From a virus, in IMG/VR virus record IMGVR_UViG_3300010412_000002, positions 42,630 to 106,629 of that record: a stretch of DNA of 64,000 nt. One strand, given 5' to 3'. Both the position numbers and the translations under genes were made by a program. Shown piece by piece: positions 61,201 through 64,000 of this stretch (position 1 is its first letter; each line of letters begins with the position of its first letter). Below the pieces are notes generated by a model. That model saw only the letters and a program-made list of their open reading frames with translations. It had not been told where the DNA came from and searched no databases.

Positions 61201-63273
61201 GCCAATAGAACTGCTACTTATTATAAAGGTAAAGGAGCTATTGACAAACCAATTAGTAATATTGAACTGTACAATGGTAAACGTGCTAAATTACATAAAG
61301 AGAATCTAAATAGGGATAAAGAATTATTTGAATACAAACGAGGATTTATGCCTAAGGTTCCACCTCTGTTATCAGAGTTTGGGTTATTAACCAAAGGAGC
61401 TAAACTAGAAGGATCTAAGCAGGCTTCTGCACAAAATTGGTGGAAGACTTGGTACCATAGAAACTTGACTTTCTCAGAAGAACATGCGTTTGAAGGCTTC
61501 GATAAGAAAGCTATGGCAGAAGGACTACCTATGAAGTACCTAAATAATAAACGAGACTTTGCTAGCAATCCTGATCTGTTTTCTTTAAATCTTGAACATC
61601 AATTTGATAGATTTATGAGAGCCTATCTGTGGAAGGAACAAATGGATGATGTATTTGCATATGGACAAGGCATCCGCATAATGCTCAATGCTCAGAAGGA
61701 TAATGTTCCTGACAGAACAATTGAGTTTATGAAGAGAGAACTTGATCTCAAGCTCCGAGGGAGACCTGCTGGGTATGGCAAGAGTGAGAAGTTTATTTCA
61801 AAGAATAGATATAATGTTAGTTTGATTAAAGTACTTTCTAAGATTAAGTATTTATCTGGATTTCCTCTTATGGGTCTTAACTATATAGGAGGTACAGCTA
61901 ACGCTATCTTTACTGGTCTACTTACTTTAAAGCACGCTGCACAAAATCAATCGTTTAAAGGAAAAAGCTTAGATGGATTGAATGGTAGTGAATGGGATTT
62001 CGGACTTAAAGATTTAGCAAAGGCTTGGCCAGAAGTACTAAAGATTATGAAAGCTGGTATGGTAGATGGCAATGTACGAAACTCTAAAGCCTATTTAATG
62101 GCTAAGAAGTTTGGTTACTTCCCAAATAGCTTCGACTGGTCTACTGCTCATAACAACTTAATCACAGATGGTAACAGAGTGTTTAATTCTGAATCAATGT
62201 TCTTATTCTATTCTCTACCTGAAGAAATGATCGCTTTAACTATCATGACTGCACAGTTAATGAGTATGAAAGTTAAAACAGGTCCCTTTGCAGGACAATC
62301 AGTATGGGATCTATACGAAATGGTAGATATAACTGATGAGAATGGTAATACTTACAAGGAAATTAAGTGGAAAGAAGATCCTAACACAGGTAAAGCATAT
62401 GTGCGGGCTGTTGTTAATGTCTCTGCAGATCCTAATAATCCTGAGTATCAAGAACTTACGGAATTAGATGGCAAAGAAGTTAGACGTCTATACAACGCAT
62501 ATGATAGGATGCACGGTGGTTATCGCAAGATAGATAACACAATGTTTCAAAATACGATCTGGGGAACTCTTGCTATTCACTTACGTAGATTCCTACCACA
62601 CGTTTTACGTCAGGCTTTAACTTCTGCTGGCAAGCGTTCCGCAATGGGCTTTTATAAAGTAACTGGAGCGTTAGAAGACGGAACCGAAACGGTAGAATGG
62701 GTATCCAAAGTAATGGAAGGACGTTGGGCTGTTACAGGAAAGATCCTACTTAGACTCTTGGCAAAAGTTGCAAATATAGATAATATTCCTAAAGATGCTG
62801 AAGGATTTGCAGGTATGCTAAGAAGGAAATTAGGTAATCTTGAGATGTACGACATGGATAAACTAGATGCAGGACAATTAGAGGCATTTAGAGATGCATG
62901 GGTAACTTTAATGATACTAGCGGTTGGTATGACCATACCATTCTTTATGGGTGGAGATGGGGATGACGATGATCCAATGAATAGATTTGTTACTAGAATC
63001 TTCAATGATTTAACACAGATGTATAATATCTATGAACTTGGTAAAAACGTAGTTACATGGAATCCTGTATCACTTAATAAGTTACATGACTTCCAAGCCG
63101 ATACTGCTAAAGTACTATTTTCACTAATGTTCTGGGCAGCAGGAGATGAAGAAAAAGCATTTACACCTGATGGTCGATTAGAAGGATTAAATCGACTAAT
63201 GAAAGACTTACCTGTTACATCAATGATTCGAAAAACAGAAGACTTTATGACCTCAGATATCTTCAATGAATAA
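43234..63273 (+). CDS. Giant virion polyprotein (6679 aa): two-barrel virion RNA polymerase plus SF1 helicase, two zincin motifs and a PD-(D/E)xK nuclease
   Basis: RNAP motifs KRMTG, TDGQVFI, SAVKVG, FRIPST, GSDFDVD (54868-54882), AIDNIKD; helicase GIYGSGKT/VVVDEA/LGDPSQ/SQGQE/ASRAK; HEAFH and HELTH; E..LAGTID..IKDIK. Confidence 0.92.
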   Translation: MKVDAFTYALMNNMDPVTGEPIKGGFTADQLYAPRPAQAMPGSGGPSSYMMGYRPGMNADYVRSANQPLGASFLNGLTSNIVVGTIGKIGEGVGMIANIPSAVASGDIEKLFDNSITNFFESIQEDAKDALPVYQGRTYQTGNILARMGTDDFWFNDGFDAVSFLLSAYVPGGAVSKVSKLAKLGKLATSINNLGSKAKGAKLAKLLKEVTEDQVENAVTQGVSTAYNTITEAGFEAKDTFDSVYQEYKKTMSDEEAKKKASQAAARVFTANMYGLLVPNAIQSSFMHGNNSFNLRKIKDAVRSGNGLDEILNTRAKMLTKLGEGIASEGLWEENFQNAVQRYERRMSEGWVGDRAGEYTYGMLLGLKGTAKAFIPGLPAPEAGTDEDEAAASIALGGLIGGGMGIGSTILENKNLSKVIKGAEVDWARVKDANKFSKNLLVDNLSVNLKSHGMVDETDANGNPTGRKVPQYVDPDSGQVSMDPQKMQTFMLRRAKDMNLGAAQVDAVLGNSQSLMDYNREMALMSYAWHLRSIPNLSKEDIDDLIKYDVQLPVSRELDGVVDQNLLSQNVDKIRAYMQLYDDSLTHTSGMYDFSDTNVDRDFGAYIRRAYFYDAGKKLAAQHMKETASDTMRPQLDQMITDIDSYLARFRNNIPKFRQAYDLEVKSAIGLGNRLVDIEEALKVEGITDEVKQDLEAEKKVIEYQLEELRDVDGYFYDTFGGQRATEYGSASLSKNEPAYHMRKRGEQFRPRSMAEKYYYNRALTDLFNIEVSRDFQDNVPVEEIFDKAAVRPELRLNNANRTALKEGFIAKKTEVESKNDSFNQMKELRDNMHASLNLEYNAERPELVTNEDEMDEYQAFLDDNVHDMEAAGDLLSEGLGENPFTEQTLRENPNSFVELYRRMDKAIKDHELAVKKTQAALDSLEELSRVSNELAAESAIYDNLTPEKRGEVFRDKFFEQKTAGVRSVIAQFRADRDGFSRGVTGEINLLNRLRKIFASRTDISDTFKQSVLDRIDAWLIVLNQASEVARGNAAKRYEIQQMSERSYAEGLHNLFNKEEIKQFLINQFGPEIQEMLRKVAEYGEKPNSKEGYEAILEFVRRKLTTEEQRTAFMQKLMEESDKDGAKTKGIIKPLMSAKLGREFFTLGGHYDNPNGLPGIMFRNPLMIPHTMLMDKEVFGERTLAAFEEGKEITPWQRYNLDFDFPKLVYSIKDSGYEGMDQAEIEIFDALVDAYSYARAYHALATIATGTTDNIELYKYEAQEFNKPGSHAPTSQQAVSFREAVRQLKSQLTYQQSAVFGIYGSGKTAMVARKVMEFLIPNPDTRKGKVLAFAQSEATSKTIADSVNGTQTSFDAVANMTIEQLSNYEYVVVDEAFTLNSSQIEVLDTLARQKIVKVLYLGDPSQNKSESVSTLQDGVSRAQPLTVVLRTNNPAITNFANFFQYNPAEIDSATAEATSTLEGKTEADSGVFVTSNSRPAEEQIIERAKNPNGKSKMIISNHNLETYRQAFAGTDVKVLSPKDSQGQEADEVYIDLSKSGEAVNGGPFGSALAFNTMVATAASRAKEMLVVANRPGLVIDQAIIADLNESIQDLSEEFAKYEQDYKESLDAYRVFYSEFTGIAIAETPQAPPTTPTSNPVPGPADNTEPTPPPPAPPMEPMEGDVKLKHPQNDNLMKVMTGTGFIVRTVRSTEAATNEKWTVMAPTPNGKFRTVGVLSGEEIAAGGFTEEQRARATSRNQLFKLDTDRTLEYSKDQFENFIVSPVEIRDVKPLWFEFGENKTTLTADGVQWLMRDFFQQEGVPVQGNVDANIRIYRRPSEFPNTRFTPDIGVPYIVLSGFQVPEDRQYSFPRNLHIPISAPKLSTDHEVFKTAQKFKTAFDTFCGIVNKDPVQYFNSEPFENLMDKFSKLYTVDVLRREGDQIVKVEDFDEKIQVLLRNYRYPETAVAPLFEMLKLLYAPHESRRRFTAQELEDWKQANPEQAKDAVFTEVKFGKAKSNEVAIEEDKKLWEITYRNYNRDGTYEMTDVTKTILGQSAGPMSEAWADLASSNNDIGGYFPRALVAVNPSNKTITKFKPKSFFGSKQSHARAFQWMKDTLRTFEQTLSESIKLIEENDPFNADLEANKKLRTAIDSIIRYDYDSHELEKVIGHLEMLTGTGPYAEDGPVHPAFKIYEKDPLTGDKREITPREGIQGMSTFAVPYSALEAIASPTNYGLAGEHNSLYLNFDLQKDGTVRYDMGSKVINTTTNNAFNSAKVTTKVKRITPTAVTINLSGARAQAQQTPEQTARTTPQPTPETTEESEQLIATLAQISNKTPEQIRDQVVTHFGSATSRDAIRFLKNTIARRNMMFGSSEEDVDEFNQKKTVFADTVPGKLQTIEWAKATLKKILPGLDIDQQVQFLDTLQMSILEKPNEDILGQVHKAIMRLKKDENGRIHDQVVYHEAFHMAWNYLFSERLKTRLREAFRAVYGREMTDKQVTEGLAELYQRFDTRFEKRKTWVRKLIDAVRGFFDTMYKHKEFINDVFFNLDEGKYSGAVRVKVKEGAPDNISFIKDNFGTRGNYLQAVRKIKDRIEHYKLNGKDNLPMTRDEIFEQIYRELEIEMEDARIDMEMQRKDILTEFGVKNLGQLRERLLGLKALLEKGDLNIFEEQKVVDDILKIEQAFVPYNSAKNAHILFTTLTGVNKHSKKYVFYEIVENLYPSYKAEDAYQFELDTLTEEDTAEFTQEDVEALDIDGDASVSELQEAFEGLKAETIDHAKVNWSSKQSLALKDIFAFIPLLQEDSNEPEIIDGIRSMIHPKIAYVRGLQLLLQLDLNGSNLLDQIVYLQKHEELNRWDRSILHAITELFGKLADIEERHDSYSIVAKSYPLDSRVEYYFFNDRRGGTDAHATTYEDAKELVAKDPERYKLVSAGDKTLSSLYAKAVEEIPSLTREEFSNIFYNREAINSIANLQSFMGSLKDTTYKMSIKSTRGKTRTLSMVDARGGDSHVNTRSVLKEAIRAAANNTTTPLFQKSREISSIIGQLESNIEDARIAGIKELLSLLGLKDNYPIINSKLLTRNAKSISSFLKTILAVGELPTHTVVTYASGREELDERYDIDAWLLKNNSALTALSKVVAEENKIPKSTMITSVKKQRIYKHTLSNPIYNITQKIINVQERLLKGVDPESSLVKLPEYLELQSNKNPFLMKKGNGFMSRIYSLFELDGHKDRFGSGRENGSEVLAFDKKKLHTTLFSSGFLSNLEGGVYQQLFYQQADKPRPIGATISILNSKEIKEFIPILEENIKFFMDEDRANRFRIHSKSYSTSNLVNGTLLEKAMKHPKGFEQGFKELIAEEAFKLANDLIEARVDTVGTEAQATGLVDKFDTSEMLQLLNTVLDKRGIAPIKSISQLAERSVDSTGKYVNTVEMLMPYAYAYLMNHYINSYFMNQLVAGSSQFYGSGGTVLKRMTGAAGPGHIGWTHPRFGTKSTFKVIVVGDESTTADQMFDHVKAALSGKYTEEEIAALRHFFGNESTDRTDGQVFITPARLRDLQKGYGREFRLSNILKPKYFGPRIEELVYGEGADQTRERVSIPTYIKPSAVVLSDELLYQPGTKTPRPGMEKLASIRQAMERDGIDELAFGSAVKVGNPKEKHSLDEFIANPSQKGIMNLSSEHYGIQLNPRAKVDSSAALFTQLTYFLNIYSSSEDKNNIARAEAVYSAIAFLFEKGGKLFERDTDNFKTLLQKAFSEKSDELVFADLIEAGIQPNSPIFEQKALIKLASLMEKLAIKIRLPGGKLVLQSDVGVNNPQTGQPLKFTKENGKLVAEVIVPRGLFPEDLAKRIEAGDTLFENPTLLGFRIPSTELHSAVAMKVVGFYDNEANTNMVIAPELLVALHGSDFDVDSLFFAKRPIAKQDVKASSKASINALFDIAVKLDELVENDAFKGHPASHKIYDALNKIRKNFGSNDNKLTTDDYNDISSPRALVEIEQDFLKFAQQYRLDPTSIGARKEYAKLAGLAWLEKKTVRPTISEYDRSLSPDPKVILNSRRWQIASADTYALFDVKRQIYNLSKDSDVLDVFPAIQNLVTELFTSIQKEKLAPAETFIKKGEIIGFKLGEDGIYRFDPEFDTELSNKIREVKLLADQAKEFKLSKLYSILNRQYKDLLGVKEEYYKGAIIDTFLETISDAERNELRMMRPISKSFLVGKKAGSKTEYAEDSAIYSVAKHGLVNKEDVDLSNYNDVYTAFKSVADMQRLTGIFASSIKVLAYIGRSGVSEGTEKLIVNLNKKVNKLEKFVNSLSESATPTQLAQVAEMQEEIRLAQANLKDVLKIERREQIGNSAPRIATNLRFNYTVNGEVHHIASMNEFVLGTNQNVSIYDVLDALVNIAIDNIKDQELFALQATAETGTIYSALISLGLPTGDIIAMMYHPSMQDLLGMNRNDSKMRLENMLPEYLSKVGEYIESQFGPLDTLLDGKTIGITELDEMLTSDKFKALKTVFTEDRKRQIKYIENLDQLDQREALMLYQYMHIMNTGKKLGDDISTLSKFMGILRGMPISFEGIQTIEQAIEKLGAIIQNAEDSKELDSIDKLTMMEASEELKTLGSVMYTKKKESGYKIAGFMSRNPHILAAYRRLLQLKATIQKNFPLYSEKVVSFMKDLFGKDTKLGGIEEQGILRKELRKYLLTQLIDRDFYKEKYYTTYASRKTGKSNRIELYGVDAWSERFIDSVRRVKEYDQLLAKQQNRAPNAFLDALYMESGKLRFNFDVEMDRAMIEELRQGFKQLRYFTFKDGYKQYNPKQPGNVELSLNKDPKTLSDFDLEYNATEFQKDFLFYLALVDGLRFANNNYSVAVTPRIVRVLTDKLDDMEKKFRDDAEFRDKLAYHIKIELLRENAGLVSTYINQDDNENYLIRSERTEGDEELKDEQGKTVEQPLNGVATINGRRIFYDKAYNNPYETTSERETKEDELDRRFPAFISSGYDSNAQVYMRITSPTDDVIAYTSVGRASETYTRIPDISKMEDVKQNFEPTVPTQYVADVSQNTMQTYKNFDYLLPGEPIRLVGFADKSRLAPRYVVIKNVEKIYEKFGVKEEVHFRGYKYTFEDYVVPSTFRQITDLADVTPGTAMTSLDLVNSLLNTTTITDYERSVLESFQAKYTKEGRKNTPIVLFIDKLPEGSGAQYNVGFGYVNIKANKVIAREIIHELTHAETHMLIVADYLATEPMTGLALRLTNPEFRNVEAEFSTKYNFELTTFTTELTNLQVEAAKAYRAQFNSGLESDDEFSAFVEDYHSDLLIHEGIPYGLSDPHEMLAEFVSNEQFRELTKLIKITPKETLYDRIINLISRFILGKQQISLYDVLDGLMREGVFNNMYIRTESLRNTRGDYKIIYTSQREKLNLFTPPTDIEVDEFIKWMNSVGYQLPIEKLSDASPEFKDILMNRIEVSHNRYGTDARMDADKQTAAQYSVNPNNEAKYQKVNAPGLDLARVSDDIEGWMSFFKRNPKSTTTIEEKADRIWGNIDPMTQKFTRHGWINRPDWVAKEAEIEARGKNRGRLVHSLMELYSKTEADPELEARIEQLLDITGYDREKFKWVQQKLDSIYRNADINTRDDVDPDQKDKIGSEVTVANDILGLAGTIDMLIYHADGTLGIKDIKAGYSLFNSSTTDIMMFGEQPSAPDLIYDTWFNHAKLQVMTYAFLYKSTHPEAKFKDLDVLWMPDKDSVDENTFRNMVNPEPYLNMIHLMLKEKMPEKYQALKDSMSAEDWKKLWDPKEYKAGVGKSLRDAHTVSPDLPIDQQIKAKIEKIRTIILTDLNPNTYSKAIFTGKDAERKTKLVSKLMKEVLELQKQATDLDIQTVNEDISGFQNWLFTSATTSNPYIQVWDELFMARRDEFNKQYEQYRNKFLSLLDPIKNDYLRRHPGKATLDALTRGGANHISSRDLFSFAYIPVKDEGGDVIDYQLRHTDAHFQELIDDNTNFGHINATNIHIYKNFLNFVNDSYARFFVDQNGTKALANRTATYYKGKGAIDKPISNIELYNGKRAKLHKENLNRDKELFEYKRGFMPKVPPLLSEFGLLTKGAKLEGSKQASAQNWWKTWYHRNLTFSEEHAFEGFDKKAMAEGLPMKYLNNKRDFASNPDLFSLNLEHQFDRFMRAYLWKEQMDDVFAYGQGIRIMLNAQKDNVPDRTIEFMKRELDLKLRGRPAGYGKSEKFISKNRYNVSLIKVLSKIKYLSGFPLMGLNYIGGTANAIFTGLLTLKHAAQNQSFKGKSLDGLNGSEWDFGLKDLAKAWPEVLKIMKAGMVDGNVRNSKAYLMAKKFGYFPNSFDWSTAHNNLITDGNRVFNSESMFLFYSLPEEMIALTIMTAQLMSMKVKTGPFAGQSVWDLYEMVDITDENGNTYKEIKWKEDPNTGKAYVRAVVNVSADPNNPEYQELTELDGKEVRRLYNAYDRMHGGYRKIDNTMFQNTIWGTLAIHLRRFLPHVLRQALTSAGKRSAMGFYKVTGALEDGTETVEWVSKVMEGRWAVTGKILLRLLAKVANIDNIPKDAEGFAGMLRRKLGNLEMYDMDKLDAGQLEAFRDAWVTLMILAVGMTIPFFMGGDGDDDDPMNRFVTRIFNDLTQMYNIYELGKNVVTWNPVSLNKLHDFQADTAKVLFSLMFWAAGDEEKAFTPDGRLEGLNRLMKDLPVTSMIRKTEDFMTSDIFNE

Positions 63274-63290
63274 GAGGTAATCCGGCTTGG

Positions 63291-63340
63291 AAAAAAAAAT
63301 TAGGGGAGACTGTCTTACGACGGCCTCCCCTTTTTTATTT
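63291..63340. terminator. Bidirectional intrinsic terminator between the convergent gene blocks
   Basis: A9-TT-AGGGGAGACTGTC-TTAC-GACGGCCTCCCCT-TTTTTATTT; A tract before and T tract after the stem. Confidence 0.9.
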
Positions 63341-63350
63341 GGTCTATTTT

Positions 63351-63512
63351 TTAGACCCCAAAGTACGATTTAAAGCGTTCTACCAACCAGTTACCGAGTG
63401 GCACTGGGTCCATCTCACTACCATCTGGATTAATCTCACGCGCATCAAAGCAATTAATGAATGCACGTAAAAGATAGAACGCCACTATCCCAAAAATGAT
63501 TACTTGGAACAT
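63351..63512 (-). CDS. Small membrane protein, 53 aa (not in the ORF track)
   Basis: MFQVIIFGIVAFYLLRAFINCFDAREINPDGSEMDPVPLGNWLVERFKSYFGV; ends just before the terminator. Confidence 0.6.
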   Translation of the reverse strand: MFQVIIFGIVAFYLLRAFINCFDAREINPDGSEMDPVPLGNWLVERFKSYFGV

Positions 63513-63533
63513 GACTGTAATATATTGAAAAGA

Positions 63534-64000
63534 TTAGAAATCTTCGCCTATAATTCGGTCTCCATACAGAGATTTTTCCCAATGTAACGCCATAATTCTT
63601 TCGTAAACGAGCTTAGCTCTGCTATAATCCACATGCCAAAAAGTAAATAACTGTAAGGCATTTGGAGGAAGAGCTGTCGATAGAGTATCTAACTCATAGG
63701 ATAAGTCCTCATGGTTATAAAGGATACGGTAACGTTGAGCATTCTTACGAAACCATAACCAATAGATCCTCCACACGATTTTTAAGAACAGCTTAGCAGC
63801 CATTATTCCAAAGAGATTGTCTGTAGTTACTATCGAAGCAACCCGTTTCCAACCTTCTATTTCTTCTGGCACCGCTGTAATTCGATTTGCCAGCCCAAAA
63901 CGTCTTCCACGAAACTTATTATTGGTACCAAGTCCCTCTGTAGGTTCGTATGGGACACAGTATTCAACTCGGTGAGTTTCCCAAAATTCATTGTAGGCCA
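63534..64000 (-). CDS. Hypothetical protein (5' end at or beyond the window edge)
   Basis: Frame of the listed 63534..63872 ORF stays open to the window end (AYNEFWETHRVEYCVPYEP...), so the GTG start is probably internal. Confidence 0.65.
   Translation of the reverse strand, partial: AYNEFWETHRVEYCVPYEPTEGLGTNNKFRGRRFGLANRITAVPEEIEGWKRVASIVTTDNLFGIMAAKLFLKIVWRIYWLWFRKNAQRYRILYNHEDLSYELDTLSTALPPNALQLFTFWHVDYSRAKLVYERIMALHWEKSLYGDRIIGEDF

Larger units (their letters stand above)
1..64000. mobile_element. Crassvirales (crAss-like) phage genome segment: packaging, capsid, tail, lysis and virion-RNAP modules
   Basis: Gene order TerL-portal-acidic protein-MCP-ring proteins ... IHF-like-tail tube-muzzle-cargo-giant RNAP with DFDVD motif matches the crAss-like virion module; no host housekeeping context, integrase or att site seen. 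Confidence 0.93.

Noticed and set aside
807-63266. Numerous - strand and alternate-frame ORFs of 60-160 aa inside long + strand genes (e.g. 10721..11164, 14963..15454, 26276..26767)
   Set aside because: Shadow ORFs of codon-biased or low-complexity genes; no motifs, and fully nested in well-supported CDSs
1-64000. CRISPR array, tRNA or rRNA genes
   Set aside because: Spacers are all under about 80 bp, with no regularly spaced direct repeats or cloverleafs
1-64000. Active stop-codon reassignment in this block
   Set aside because: Genes, including the 20-kb ORF, are intact under the standard bacterial code, and TGA is used as a stop in ATGA couplings

Overview
The window is the virion (late) gene block of a crAss-like podovirus (order Crassvirales), most likely infecting a Bacteroidota host. 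About 45 tightly packed + strand genes follow the crAss order: small DNA-binding and Zn-finger genes, terminase, portal, scaffold-like protein, major capsid protein, ring/auxiliary capsid proteins, tail hub, a ~14 kb fibre/adhesin block, a lysis cassette, ring/IHF/tail-tube/muzzle genes, two cargo proteins and a single 6679-aa polyprotein carrying the virion RNA polymerase. A bidirectional terminator at ~63.3 kb separates this block from convergent - strand genes. The unusual features are: (i) a complete GroEL plus an enlarged GroES-like gene in the packaging module; (ii) Cys-rich proteins built from domains typical of Bacteroidota surface/T9SS adhesins, with one repeat apparently split across a gene boundary (possible donor-strand assembly); (iii) two fibre-block proteins with Sec-type signal peptides; (iv) an RNAP polyprotein also carrying SF1 helicase, two zincin and PD-(D/E)xK nuclease motifs; (v) no TAG stops. 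All assignments come from motif reading and synteny; no database searches were run.
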